DNA of 64,000 nt from Candidatus Hydrogenedentota bacterium (GTDB taxonomy: Bacteria; Hydrogenedentota; Hydrogenedentia; Hydrogenedentales; SLHB01): contig CAVUWV010000011.1 in the NCBI GenBank assembly GCA_963745075.1, positions 32,001 to 96,000 on the forward strand, written 5' to 3'. The notes under the pieces were generated by a model. It was not told the origin of the DNA and searched no databases. It saw only the letters and a program-made list of their open reading frames with translations. Below are positions 10,648 to 21,404 of the stretch, piece after piece; the stretch's first letter is position 1; each line of letters opens with the position of its first letter. The position numbers and the translations under genes were made by a program.

Positions 10648-11789
10648 TGCGAGTCGCCATCGTCAGCGCCTGTCCCTTTCCCGTGCCGCAAGGGTCGCAG
10701 GTCTTTTTGAAAGACACGGCCGAGGCCCTCCGGGACGATGGGCATGAGGTGCACCTGGTCGTTTACGGATACGGCGACGGCACCGCCGTAGACGGTCTGC
10801 ACGTGCACCGATCCTGGCGGTTGCCGGGATCGAAACGTACCAAGGCGGGTCCGTCGTGGACTAAGCCGCTGTACGATATCGCGCTGATCGGCACGTTGCG
10901 ACGCGTCGTGCGGGAGTACCGCATCGACGTGGTTCAGGCGCACAATTACGAAGGGCTGCTTGTGGCCCTTGCGGCACGGGTAAGACCGGTGGTGTACCAG
11001 GCCCACAACGCCATGGCTGATGAACTGCCCCACTACGCGGGCTTCGAGCGATTCGGCAAATGGCTCGGTGGCTGGCTGGACTGTCGTTTTCCCCGCCGCG
11101 CGTCGCAGATCGTCGTGCCCCACGCTGGACTGGCCGAGTACCTTATCGCCAACGGCTGCGCGCCGGGAAAGGTTTCGGTGCTCGCGCCGCCCGCGATGAC
11201 GGACTGGTTTGAACCGGAGGAACCCGGTGACGCGCTGCCGCCCCTGCTGTACACGGGCAATCTGGATGTGTACCAGAACGTCGCGTTTCTCGAATACGTT
11301 CTCGCGCGTGTGCGCGACACGGTCCCAGCGGCCCGCCTCACGCTGGCCACGCGGGACCGCGTGCCCTTCGACGGCGCCGAGACGGTCCCGGCGACGGATT
11401 TTGGGAGCCTGCGTGCATTGCTGGCGCGGGACGCGGTTGTGGTGTGTCCGCGCGTGTCGTGGTCGGGATATCCCATTAAATTGCTGAATGCCATGGCGGC
11501 GGGGAAGGCGATTGTGGCCTGTCGCAGCGCGGCCCATCCGCTCGAACATGAGCGCACCGGGATCATCGTCGACGACAACGACGAAGCCGGATTCGCCGAC
11601 GCGATCCTTCGCTTGTTGCAGGATTCGCGGGAGCGCAAACGATTGGGCGATGCTGCGCGGGAGGCGGTTCGGGAGCGGCACAGTCCGGCGAATTTCGCGA
11701 ACTCGTTGGAACGGATTTTCAATCGGGCGGTCCGGAATTACGCCCTGGCCCAGCCCCGTGTGGCGACCAGTGACATTCCTCTCGCGTAA
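10647..11789 (+). CDS. Glycosyltransferase family 4
   Basis: VVQAHNYE, YTGNLD.YQ, PIKLLNAMAAGKAIV. Confidence 0.88.
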   Translation: MRVAIVSACPFPVPQGSQVFLKDTAEALRDDGHEVHLVVYGYGDGTAVDGLHVHRSWRLPGSKRTKAGPSWTKPLYDIALIGTLRRVVREYRIDVVQAHNYEGLLVALAARVRPVVYQAHNAMADELPHYAGFERFGKWLGGWLDCRFPRRASQIVVPHAGLAEYLIANGCAPGKVSVLAPPAMTDWFEPEEPGDALPPLLYTGNLDVYQNVAFLEYVLARVRDTVPAARLTLATRDRVPFDGAETVPATDFGSLRALLARDAVVVCPRVSWSGYPIKLLNAMAAGKAIVACRSAAHPLEHERTGIIVDDNDEAGFADAILRLLQDSRERKRLGDAAREAVRERHSPANFANSLERIFNRAVRNYALAQPRVATSDIPLA

Positions 11790-11800
11790 GGAGAGCGATT

Positions 11801-12241
11801 TTGGAGTTATACGCGATCAATAAGGACGGCAGTGTAACCGGCATTGAGTCGCTACGTGACGATGCCGCGCGGGAAGTTGCTTCGTCCTATCCTACCTACT
11901 ATGAGGCTATCGGGTACGTGGAACCGTGGATTGGTTACCTCGCCCGGCGCGACGAACAATGGGTTGGCGCGTGCGGGTTCAAGGGGGCGCCCAAGCGCGG
12001 ACGTGTCGAGATTGCGTACTTCACGTTTCCTGCGTTCGAAGGCCAGGGCGTCGCCACGGGGATGGCCCGCGCGTTGATTACCAAGGCGAGCGAAGCGGAT
12101 TCCGCGGTGATCGTCACGGCGCGCACGCTGCCCGAGGGGGGGCCATCCAGCACGATCCTCCGCAAGCTCGGGTTTACGAAGACGACAACCGTCACCGACG
12201 CCGAGGACGGTGAAGTGTGGGAGTGGGTGCTGGAGGGGTGA
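11801..12241 (+). CDS. GNAT family N-acetyltransferase (RimJ/RimL-like)
   Basis: VEIAYFTFPAFEGQGVAT, S..ILRKLGF; AAGGAG SD before the TTG start. Confidence 0.85.
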   Translation: MELYAINKDGSVTGIESLRDDAAREVASSYPTYYEAIGYVEPWIGYLARRDEQWVGACGFKGAPKRGRVEIAYFTFPAFEGQGVATGMARALITKASEADSAVIVTARTLPEGGPSSTILRKLGFTKTTTVTDAEDGEVWEWVLEG

Positions 12242-12922
12242 AAGTGCCAACGCGACCGCAAAGCGACATCGCTTTTCGAGGACTGGGTTGCTCACATTTT
12301 CGACCACGATGCACCGGAGATTGTGACGTACGAGGAAATCATGGACGCGATCGAATGGGATGTCTCAGCGGAGCAGAAGATCGCGTATATGGCGCAACTC
12401 TTCGAAAAACCGCGCCCAATTCTTGACCGCTATTCGGATTTGCAGCTCCAGCACGGGTTTCAATACCTCATCAGCAACTTGCTGAGCGACTATCCGCTGG
12501 GACTTCACGATGCGTCGGTTCCGTTGGACTTGCGGGCGCGGTGTATTCGCAGTATATACACCGTGTACGAGCAGGTGTTCGCCGAGCGGTGTTCACCGGA
12601 GTTGGCCTGTTCCGGAAGACGGCCCACGAGTCCGCTCAATGACGTATGTTACATGTGGTGGGACATGCTTGCGTTTAGCGCGAAGTTGGTGCCGGTAGAA
12701 GAGCGGATTCTCGACGAAACCGCACTCACGGTTATGGAATCGACGCTCAATCTGGAATCCCTGCCTTGCCAGGAGGGCGCGCTCCACGGCCTCGGCCATT
12801 GGCACTATGATTATCCCGAGCAGGTTGGGGTAATTATCGACGCATACCTCGGTCGCGATACCTCAATTCCAGAAGGACTGCGAGCCTATGCCTCGAATGC
12901 GCACCGCGGATACGTGCAATGA
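12238..12922 (+). CDS. Hypothetical protein, probably split by one extra T at 12273-12276
   Basis: Body ORF 12323..12922 has CYMWWD and ALHGLGHW motifs. Its frame extends upstream as FEDWVAHIFDH without a start; GTG 12238 (overlapping the GNAT stop) joins it if one T is removed. Confidence 0.65.
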
Positions 12923-13041
12923 AAGTTTCCCGTTCGCGCGCCGCAGGTCATGCATTAGATGCCGCGGGCCGTGCGGTATACTATAGAGCGTGGGTGTTCT
13001 AATTCGGTTGTTGTGATTGCTGGAAGGCTGTGGTGAATTGT

Positions 13042-13881
13042 ATGCAGTATCCGGACCCCATCAATACCGTTCCTCTGTTTCCCCGGCTGGACTCGGCGCT
13101 GACGGACTTGCTGAGAAACCTGGTGCCGGCGGACTGGGACAAGCCGACGACGGCGTCGTTGTGGACGGTGAAGGATGTAGCGGCGCATTTGCTGGACACC
13201 GCGCTGCGGCGATTGTCCATGCAGCGGGACGGGTACACGCCGCCGGACGCGCCGAAGGGGTTTTCGGGTCACGACGACTTGGTCGAATACCTGAACGCGA
13301 TCAACAACGACTGGGTGCGCGCGACGCGGCGGCTGGGCCCGCGTCTGCTCATCGACCTTCTTGAGAAGGCGAATCACGAACTGCATGCCTTCTTCGATTC
13401 GCTGGACCCGGCGGCACGGGCGTTTTTCCCGGTGGCGTGGGCGGGCGAAACGGAATCGGAGAACTGGTTCGACATCGCCCGCGAATACACGGAGCACTGG
13501 CACCATCAGCAACAGATTCGGGAAGCGCTGGGACAACCCTTGGTGCTCGAACCCGAGTTGTACTATCCCGTTCTGGATACCTTTATGCGGGGCCTTCCTC
13601 ACGCGTACCGGATGGTTCCGGCCCGCCCGAAAGAGGCCATGGCCATTCACGTCACCGGTGAAACGTCCGGCACGTGGTACCTCGCGGATGACGACAGCGG
13701 CTGGGAATTGTTTACGCAAATCGACAAGGAACCGATGACGACGGTGCGCATACCCCATGACGTGGCGTGGAAGGTATTCACGAAACGGCCGGATAAGGTT
13801 CAACTCAAAGACCAATTGAAGATCGAGGGCTCGCGCGACAAAGGGGTGCACCTGTTGACTATGGTCGCGTTCATGGTTTGA
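13042..13881 (+). CDS. Maleylpyruvate isomerase N-terminal domain (DinB-like) protein
   Basis: WDKPT..SLWTVKDVAAHL, EHWHHQQQIREA. Confidence 0.85.
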   Translation: MQYPDPINTVPLFPRLDSALTDLLRNLVPADWDKPTTASLWTVKDVAAHLLDTALRRLSMQRDGYTPPDAPKGFSGHDDLVEYLNAINNDWVRATRRLGPRLLIDLLEKANHELHAFFDSLDPAARAFFPVAWAGETESENWFDIAREYTEHWHHQQQIREALGQPLVLEPELYYPVLDTFMRGLPHAYRMVPARPKEAMAIHVTGETSGTWYLADDDSGWELFTQIDKEPMTTVRIPHDVAWKVFTKRPDKVQLKDQLKIEGSRDKGVHLLTMVAFMV

Positions 13882-14104
13882 CGCCGTCGTGCGGGTGAGT
13901 TCGTTGAGGCGAAATGGAGCGCAACTTCCCGGAGACATACAATTCGCCTGTGTGGTATGCTCCACCGAATGCAGTGCAATACGCTTTCGCATGCCTTGGG
14001 CGTAGACACGAGAAGACGTTGACGTGGGGCGCTTCGAGGTTTTCGACTACAAGCGCGATAATACGTAGAACTTCTCAAAGAACCACATGTCTTTTCCGTT
14101 CGAT

Positions 14105-14169
14105 GTGGTGCGGCCATCCTGGCTGCTCTTGGTCTGACGGCGTGGGACAGGCAGGGATGCCCGCACCAC
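14105..14169. repeat. REP-like inverted repeat pair
   Basis: GTGGTGCGGCCATCCTGGCTG ... CAGGCAGGGATGCCCGCACCAC, imperfect inverted arms. Confidence 0.6.
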
Positions 14170-14229
14170 GATTTGACCACTTGATTTTGTTAGAAGTTCT
14201 TACGAGAAAACCGTAGAAAGGGGTAAGCA

Positions 14230-15093
14230 GTGTATAAGCGGGGATTCACCTTAATTGAATTGCTGGTGGTCATCGCGATCATCGGTATTCTTGCTGCGAT
14301 CCTGCTGCCGGCGCTTGCCCGTGCGCGCGAAGCGGCGCGGCGTGCGTCGTGTCAAAACAATCTCAAACAGTTGGGGCTGATTCTGAAGATGTACACCGGC
14401 GAGAGCGAAGGTGAACGCTTTCCCCACATCAAAGCCTTCGATTGCCAGGGCGATGTGGTGGTGTGGGACCAGATCATGGACCCGGTGTCCATCTACCCGG
14501 AGTATTTGACGGATTTGAATGTGCTGATCTGTCCGAGCAACTCGGCGGGAGGAGATGCCCTCGCGCAGTTCGACGCGGGCGAGACTACCTACACCAAGTG
14601 GATTGAGGTGGCGGGGTTCAGCAACAACGGCAAAGTCGAACCCTGCGAAATCAACCAGGACCCATACCACTACTACGGCTGGGCCTTCGACGCGAACCTC
14701 TTCAAAACGGAAACCGATTTCGTCAATTTCGAGGACGAAGTCGAAGATATCGGAGAGAAGATGCCAACGGACCCGGGTGTCGTGGACGAGGAATTCGAAC
14801 TCGACGACGAGGTAGGCGGCCGGTTTTCGATTCCCCGGCTTCGCGAGGGTATCGAGCGGTTTTTTATCTCGGACATCAACAATCCGGCCGCGACCGCCCA
14901 GGCCCAGTCGACCATCGTTGTGATGCACGATTCCATCAGCGACGAGCCCGAAAGTTTCAATCACGTTCCCGGTGGCGCCAACGTTCTTTTCATGGACGGG
15001 CACGTGCGCTTCGAGAAATGGAACGATATGGATGGCGTTTTCCCGATGAACGAAGCAGCGCTGATTCTCCACGACATCAGCGAAGAGATTTAG
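14230..15093 (+). CDS. Prepilin-type N-terminal cleavage/methylation protein, DUF1559 / H-X9-DG family
   Basis: [44 protein letters not shown]-terminal [15 protein letters not shown]. Confidence 0.93.
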   Translation: MYKRGFTLIELLVVIAIIGILAAILLPALARAREAARRASCQNNLKQLGLILKMYTGESEGERFPHIKAFDCQGDVVVWDQIMDPVSIYPEYLTDLNVLICPSNSAGGDALAQFDAGETTYTKWIEVAGFSNNGKVEPCEINQDPYHYYGWAFDANLFKTETDFVNFEDEVEDIGEKMPTDPGVVDEEFELDDEVGGRFSIPRLREGIERFFISDINNPAATAQAQSTIVVMHDSISDEPESFNHVPGGANVLFMDGHVRFEKWNDMDGVFPMNEAALILHDISEEI

Positions 15094-15181
15094 GCCCAGC
15101 CGTCTTGAACGATTCGTGGGTCGCGACTCTTTGCAGGTCTCGATTTGCGCGGCGCGCGATAGTTCGGAGCGTGCACCTGTG

Positions 15182-16036
15182 ATGATGCGGTTTGCATACC
15201 TGTTCGCCGGGGGCGGCGCGTTTTATCCGGCGCTGCTCGGCTGCATCGTGGGGCTCATTGTTCTACGTACCGTGCGGAGCCAACGCCTCTTCCGTGTCGG
15301 GCGTATCGTCGTCGTGCTTTCGGCTGTCGTAGCCGTTCTTTGCTCGGTTCCTCTCCCCGTCTGGCTGTACCTCGTGTGGGCGTTTACGCTCATTGCAGCT
15401 TCGTCTACCCTGGCGCGAGCGGAGACGTTCAAATCAAGGACTCGTAGTGCCATCCTCGCGGCCAGCCTCGCGATCACTATCGCGCTGATGGCCGCGGAAG
15501 CCCCGTATCGTGTTTTGCCGAACGTCCCTTACAAGAGCGGCGGCGTCTTGTATACGCTCGGCGATTCTCTCAGCATGGGCGCCGATACCATGGAAGGGAA
15601 TTGGCCAGCCCTGCTCGCGAAACAGGCTGGCATGGACGTACATGCCTTTGCCTTCGGCGGCGCCCGGCTCGGGACGGCCATGGGCAACGCGGATCGCGTT
15701 CAGTCCGACGCCGATCTCATTATCGTCGAACTCGGCGGCAACGACATCTTCTATGATACGCCGGCCGCGACGTTCGCAAACGAATTGGATACGATGCTGG
15801 AAAAGTTGACGCGCCACGGCGCCTCTGTTGTTTTGCTCGAACTTCCCCTTCCTCCGTTCTACAATCACTTCGGGGCCGACCAACGCTGTCTCGCCGCGAA
15901 ACATGGGGTCGTCCTCATTCCAAAGTCCGTACTTGCGCATGTGCTCGCTGCCCCTGGTGCAACAGTGGACGGACTGCACCTTTCGAGCGCCGGACACCTA
16001 CGACTCGCAGATGCGCTCTGGGGACTTCGCGAGTAA
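15182..16036 (+). CDS. Membrane-anchored GDSL/SGNH hydrolase
   Basis: Three to four N-terminal TM segments, GDSLS, ELGGND, DGLHL. Confidence 0.85.
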   Translation: MMRFAYLFAGGGAFYPALLGCIVGLIVLRTVRSQRLFRVGRIVVVLSAVVAVLCSVPLPVWLYLVWAFTLIAASSTLARAETFKSRTRSAILAASLAITIALMAAEAPYRVLPNVPYKSGGVLYTLGDSLSMGADTMEGNWPALLAKQAGMDVHAFAFGGARLGTAMGNADRVQSDADLIIVELGGNDIFYDTPAATFANELDTMLEKLTRHGASVVLLELPLPPFYNHFGADQRCLAAKHGVVLIPKSVLAHVLAAPGATVDGLHLSSAGHLRLADALWGLRE

Positions 16037-16118
16037 GCCGGAAGCGGCGGATTCGAATACCCTTTTCTTCCTCCCTGCATATTCTCTATGCTTTCGGCAA
16101 ACAGGAGGCCTGCCAGGC

Positions 16119-16619
16119 ATGAAGGTCGAAGTCTATCAAGCCGGAGTGGAAGACGCGACGGACGTGGCGACGATGATCGCCGAACTGACGCAAGAGATTG
16201 TGGACCGGACGGGCATGCAGCACTTTAATCTGGACCGGGACGATCTGTTTGCCCGCTGCGTCGAGTATCTTCAGCAGGGTATCTATACGGCCTTCGTTCT
16301 TGCGCTGGATGACGAGCCCAACGGGGCGCTTACGCTGTGCGAAAGCCATGCCCTGTACGCGGGCGGTGCGTTCGGGATCGTGCAGGAGTGTTACGTGCGG
16401 CCGGACGCGCGTTCGCGGGGTTGCGGGCGGGCCTTGCTCGAGGCGGCCGAACAGCACGCGCGGCGTTCCGGCTGGACCCGGCTCGAACTGGCCACGCCAC
16501 CCTTACCGGAGTTCGCGCGCGCGCTGGCGTTCTATGAACGCTTCGGCTTTGCGGTCACGGGCGGGCGGAAGTTGCGGTATCTCGTCACTCCGCAGGAAGA
16601 GTCTGAAGCCGATTCCTGA
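16119..16619 (+). CDS. GNAT family N-acetyltransferase
   Basis: YVRPDARSRGCGRALL, AFYERFGF; AGGAGG SD upstream. Confidence 0.88.
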   Translation: MKVEVYQAGVEDATDVATMIAELTQEIVDRTGMQHFNLDRDDLFARCVEYLQQGIYTAFVLALDDEPNGALTLCESHALYAGGAFGIVQECYVRPDARSRGCGRALLEAAEQHARRSGWTRLELATPPLPEFARALAFYERFGFAVTGGRKLRYLVTPQEESEADS

Positions 16620-16644
16620 CTGGGGATTTCAACCTTCGCCGGAA

Positions 16645-17394
16645 TCACTTCTCCACTATCTCATTCACGGGCCGATACACGTTGCGCTGCGGAATTTCCC
16701 GGGTGACCAACGTGCCGTCGATTTTGTGCAACCGAAACGCCTTGGCGCCGCGACGGGCGGCGAGCACGCGGTACTCGTTGCCGACGAAAGCGATGGCGCA
16801 GTCGTTGTCGATGGCGATTCCGGAGCCGGGACGCTTCCACAGCATGGCCTGGAAGTGGGTCATGCGATCATCCGCCAGCACGTGGGGGCAGCCCGTTGCG
16901 GGAATCAACCCGAGTCCGCGCACGCGGATGTAGTCCCAGTTCCCGGGGTGGTAGAAGGACATGGAATCGCTGTGGCCGTGGGCGAACCAGCACAATGCGC
17001 CCGCGCTTGACCCGGCCAGGACCGTTCCGCGCCGGTGGGCCCTGCGCAGCATCGCATCGACTCCGAGCCGCCGCCAACGGCGCATCATCTTCAAGGTATT
17101 GCCTCCGCTTACCCATATGAGATCGGCGCCGCCGATGGCCTCGCGCAATTCGTGTTTGGCCGGTGCCTTGCCGAGCAGGTACACCACCTCTGTCGAGCAT
17201 CCCAACCGCTTGCCGTAAGCGACCCGAAACTTCTCATACACATCCGCGTCGTCGTAGGCAGCCGTGGGAAGGAGAAGCGCGCGGGGTTTGCGCTCTCCCG
17301 TCAGGTCATAGATGAACCGATGAATGACCCGGCAGTGCGGCGCGTCCAACGGTACGCCGCCGCATGCAACGATGCGCGTGGGTTTGTGCAGCAT
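16645..17394 (-). CDS. Peptidase E / S51 family peptidase
   Basis: LLPTA, IWVSGGNT, nucleophile AGSSAGA, CPH. Confidence 0.88.
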   Translation of the reverse strand: MLHKPTRIVACGGVPLDAPHCRVIHRFIYDLTGERKPRALLLPTAAYDDADVYEKFRVAYGKRLGCSTEVVYLLGKAPAKHELREAIGGADLIWVSGGNTLKMMRRWRRLGVDAMLRRAHRRGTVLAGSSAGALCWFAHGHSDSMSFYHPGNWDYIRVRGLGLIPATGCPHVLADDRMTHFQAMLWKRPGSGIAIDNDCAIAFVGNEYRVLAARRGAKAFRLHKIDGTLVTREIPQRNVYRPVNEIVEK

Positions 17395-17734
17395 GGACGA
17401 CAGATTCGCATGATTGGCGCGGGGCGTGCAAGAAATGAACAACGGCATCGATTTGGGGACGACGCTGCCAAACGATCGCTCGATTTCATGCAACCATCGG
17501 GCGTTTCGGAGGTGCGAATACAACCCCGGGTTTAGTGGAAACAACACACGTTTGAAACACAGCGCCGCGCACAAAGATATGCATTGAAATCGGGCTTCGT
17601 GGACGCGAGAATGCCGGGAAGAGCGCCGCGCTTCTGTGGTACACTTGGCGTGCTGTGCGCTTACAGGGAACAATCCCGGCGCCGTTCACGTTTACCAATC
17701 GGCAGGTTTCTCGACACCAAGGTTTCAGGTAGGT

Positions 17735-20700
17735 ATGGATTTCATCAAGACACTTCACGAGCAGGTCATCGTCATCGACGGGGCGATGGGAACGCAGGTC
17801 CAGAATCTCGATCTGCACGACGCCGATTACGGCGGCGCCGAATTCAAGATGCTTCCGGACATTCTGGTGTTCTCCCATCCCGGCGCGGTGCGCGACATTC
17901 ATCTCGCGTATTACCGCGCGGGCGCGAACGCCGTGGAAACGAACACCTTTGGGTCGACCCCATTCCGGATGGCAGAGTATGACTTCAGCAAGCTCGACCT
18001 GTCGCACTTTGATTCGATTCCTTACGGAATCGACTTGCGCAAACTCAGCTACGAGGACTTCGCGTACTACATGAGCCGCCGCGCCGCCGAGATTGCATGC
18101 GAAGCGCGCACCGTATATGCGACGGAGAAGGATTACGACGGCCGGCCGCTCTTTGTGTTGGGTTCCATCGGCCCGTCAAATCGCGTGCTGTCCAGCACGG
18201 ATGCAAACCTGAAGCTTTCCACGTTCGACGAAATGGCCGACAACTTCTACCACCAGGTGCGCGGGCTCATCGAGGGCGGTGTGGACGTGTTGCTCTACGA
18301 GACGCAGCAGGACATCCTCGAGTTGAAAGCCGGGGTGTTTGGCGGGCACAAGGCCATGGCGGAAGCGGGACGTAACGTCCCGGTTATGGCGCAGGTCACG
18401 GTCGACCAGTTCTCGAAGATGCAAATCTTCAACACCGACATCCACGCGGCATTGGTCACGATGCAGGGGATCGGCATCGACACCTTTGGCATCAATTGCA
18501 GCATCGGCCCGGATCTCATGGAGCGGACCGTCGAGAAGCTCGCGCGCTATTCGCCGCTGCCCATTTCCGTGATCCCGAACGCAGGGTTGCCCGTATCGGA
18601 AAACGGCCGCACGGTGTTCAAATTCAAACCCGATAGACTCGCCGAGTATCTCGACTCGTTCGTCGACAAGTACGGCGTGAACGTTGTCGGCGGCTGCTGC
18701 GGCACGACGCCCGACCACATCGCCGCGATTGCGCAGCGGGTCTCCGGGCGTAAACCGAAGGATCGCCGGCCGGAGCGTGGTCTTTATGTTTCGGGTCCGC
18801 AGGAGGCGGTTCTCCTCGACAGCAGCGAAACGCTGATCATGGTCGGTGAACGGCTCAACGTGCGCGGATCGAAAAAGGTGCGCGAAGCGGTCGAGAGCGA
18901 CGGGGTCATCGATCAGGCGGCCCTCGAAGAGGTCGTTGAAGAGCAGGTGCGCGGGCTGGGCGTCAAAGTCATCGACGTATGCATGGACTCGAACGTCGTT
19001 GACACCACCGAGACCTTGAAACAGGTCGTGCACAAACAGACCACGGACTTTTCCGGCGCCATGTGCCTGGACTCCTTCGCGGTGGACGCGTTGGCTGAGG
19101 CCATTCGCGTGTATCCCGGCCGGCCGATCATCAACTCCATGTCGATGGAGGACGTTGAGCCGGGAGTGACGAAGGTGGACGCCGTGTGTCGGGCGACGAA
19201 AGATCATTGGCCCATGTACGTCGGGCTGGCGGCCGGTCCCAAAGGACCCGGCGCGACTCGGGAAGAGAAAACGGAACTGGCGCGGCAGATCGTCGAGAAT
19301 GCCGCGAAATACGGGGTCACGCCGGACCAAATCTTCATCGACATGAACGTGTTCCCTATCGGATCCGAATCCGAGGAAGGAATGAATTTCGCCGTCGAGT
19401 CCCTGGAATCCATCCCGCTTATCAAGGCCATTCACCCCGGCCTGCGCACGATCTGCGGCGTGGGAAACCTGACCAACGGGCTGGCAAAGAAGCCGTACAT
19501 GCGCAAGGTGCTCACGTCGGTCTGGCTGGACGAGGCCCGCAAACGCGGGCTCGACGCGGCGATTATCAATCCCAACCATTACGTGTTCGTGAAAGATCTC
19601 GATCCCAGGGATTACGAACTCGGGCTGAAAGCGGTGCTCGAGCGGGACATGGAAGCCTTCGAGCAGCTCGAAGACATCTCCGATCGCAAGAAGGGGATCG
19701 ATGTCGTACGCCGCACGAGCTACGAAGATCTGCCCCTCGAAGAGGCTATCTGCGAGCGGATCAAGGATGGGTTCAAAGAACGCGAGCATGGCGATATTGA
19801 AGTCGGCGGGCATCACTACAAGTATGCCGACCGGATCGTGCTCCAGGTAGTTGAAGCCATCAAGAAACACGAACCGCTGTCCTTTATCAACACGCACCTC
19901 ATGCGCGCCATGAACGAACTCGGCGATGGGTTCGCGCGCGGCGAGGTGTCGCTGCCGCATCTGTTGAAGTCCGCCGACGTGATGAAACAGGTCATGGGAT
20001 TTCTCGAAGAGTATATGCGGGTGTCGGCCGGCATCGACGTGCATACGAAAATTGAATACAAAGGCGCCATCGTGCTCGGCACGGTCTATCAGGACGTCCA
20101 CAGCATCGGGAAGGACCTCGCCAAGACCTTGTTCGAGAACTACGGCTACCGGGTAATCGACCTCGGCGTGATGACGCCCTTGCAGAATTACCTGGATACG
20201 GCAAAAGAGCACAACGCGGACGCCATCGGTATGTCGGCGCTGCTGGTGCAGACATCGAACCACATGATCACCGTATCAAGAATGATGCGCGAGCAGAACA
20301 TGGACAAGGTTCCGGTGCTCATCGGCGGCGCACCGGTGAACGATCGCCATGCCGCCTATGTTGCCATGGCGGGCGAAACCGACGAGTCGCACATGCGCGC
20401 GAACGTGTTTTACTGTCCCACGGCCATGGACGGCGTCAACGTGATGAACGCGCTGAAATCCGGCAACGGCACGGATGCCATGTTCGACGCCAATTTGAAG
20501 AAGCTGCACAAGAATTACGAACGGGCGGAGAAACGGGCCCAGGAAGAGGAAGAGCTGCTGCGCACGCTGCCACAACGTGTTATCGGCTTTGAGAACCATC
20601 GCGTTCCGGAAGAACCGTATTTTGCGTACGCGACGCAGTCCTTGGACCTTCGCGAATTCAAAGATCGTATCGACCGGAAGACGCTCTTCGCCTTGAACTG

Positions 20701-21355
20701 GAAATTTGGCGGTTCCGCTTCCCGCGAGCGGCAGGGGGAGACGCCGGAGAAGCTCAACGCCCTGCTCGACGAGTGGGTCGCGCGCGCTGCTGCCGAGCAT
20801 TGGGTGCGGCCATTGGGCATCTGCGGCGTGTTCCCGTGCCAATCGGATGGCCACGAGGTCATCGTGTACGACGTGGACGACCTACGCACGGAAATCGGCC
20901 GGCTGGGATTCACGCGGGTAATCGGCAGCGAACGCAAAGACACCGTGTGCGCGGCGCAATACTTCTTCCCCAAGGAATCCGGCAAGCTGGACGCCATCGG
21001 ATTGCAGATTTCGACGAGTGGACCCCAGGTCGACGCACAACTGCGCAGATTTCGGGAAGGCGGCGATTCCGAGTCGACGTTGTACTTGCAGGGATTATCA
21101 GACCGCATCGCGGAGGATATGGCGGATTACGTTCACGGGATTCTGCGCGAACGGCTCGGGTACGACGCGAAACAGGGCATCCGGTGGTCGCCGGGGTACC
21201 CCGCGATGACCGAGACAAAGCACAACCAAACCATTCTCGATTTACTCCACGCCACGGAACTGATCGGCGTGAAAATCACGGAAGCAGGGGAGTTTTCCCC
21301 GACGGGCACGACGGCGGCGGTCGTCTGTTTTCATCCCGACGCGCGGTATACCTAG
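17735..21355 (+). CDS. metH: Cobalamin-dependent methionine synthase
   Basis: DGAMGT, GINC and GGCCGT Zn ligands, pterin domain VGERLN, B12-binding DVHSIGK, C-terminal reactivation domain RWSPGYP...HPDARY. Confidence 0.95.
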   Translation: MDFIKTLHEQVIVIDGAMGTQVQNLDLHDADYGGAEFKMLPDILVFSHPGAVRDIHLAYYRAGANAVETNTFGSTPFRMAEYDFSKLDLSHFDSIPYGIDLRKLSYEDFAYYMSRRAAEIACEARTVYATEKDYDGRPLFVLGSIGPSNRVLSSTDANLKLSTFDEMADNFYHQVRGLIEGGVDVLLYETQQDILELKAGVFGGHKAMAEAGRNVPVMAQVTVDQFSKMQIFNTDIHAALVTMQGIGIDTFGINCSIGPDLMERTVEKLARYSPLPISVIPNAGLPVSENGRTVFKFKPDRLAEYLDSFVDKYGVNVVGGCCGTTPDHIAAIAQRVSGRKPKDRRPERGLYVSGPQEAVLLDSSETLIMVGERLNVRGSKKVREAVESDGVIDQAALEEVVEEQVRGLGVKVIDVCMDSNVVDTTETLKQVVHKQTTDFSGAMCLDSFAVDALAEAIRVYPGRPIINSMSMEDVEPGVTKVDAVCRATKDHWPMYVGLAAGPKGPGATREEKTELARQIVENAAKYGVTPDQIFIDMNVFPIGSESEEGMNFAVESLESIPLIKAIHPGLRTICGVGNLTNGLAKKPYMRKVLTSVWLDEARKRGLDAAIINPNHYVFVKDLDPRDYELGLKAVLERDMEAFEQLEDISDRKKGIDVVRRTSYEDLPLEEAICERIKDGFKEREHGDIEVGGHHYKYADRIVLQVVEAIKKHEPLSFINTHLMRAMNELGDGFARGEVSLPHLLKSADVMKQVMGFLEEYMRVSAGIDVHTKIEYKGAIVLGTVYQDVHSIGKDLAKTLFENYGYRVIDLGVMTPLQNYLDTAKEHNADAIGMSALLVQTSNHMITVSRMMREQNMDKVPVLIGGAPVNDRHAAYVAMAGETDESHMRANVFYCPTAMDGVNVMNALKSGNGTDAMFDANLKKLHKNYERAEKRAQEEEELLRTLPQRVIGFENHRVPEEPYFAYATQSLDLREFKDRIDRKTLFALNWKFGGSASRERQGETPEKLNALLDEWVARAAAEHWVRPLGICGVFPCQSDGHEVIVYDVDDLRTEIGRLGFTRVIGSERKDTVCAAQYFFPKESGKLDAIGLQISTSGPQVDAQLRRFREGGDSESTLYLQGLSDRIAEDMADYVHGILRERLGYDAKQGIRWSPGYPAMTETKHNQTILDLLHATELIGVKITEAGEFSPTGTTAAVVCFHPDARYT

Positions 21356-21404
21356 AAGAAATGGGGGCAATGACCATTTCTTCTCAACGAGAGAGGCGTC
21401 CGTC

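Noticed and set aside
17395..17734. Possible SAM, SAH or cobalamin riboswitch upstream of metH (GAAGAGCGCCGC resembles part of the SAH motif)
   Set aside because: The remaining conserved elements and pairing are not recognisable. An Rfam/Infernal scan would be needed.
18176..20263. 695-aa antisense ORF inside metH, and similar ones opposite dnaK, the 816-aa gene and the GT4 genes
   Set aside because: Expected shadow ORFs from high-GC codon bias; no motifs.
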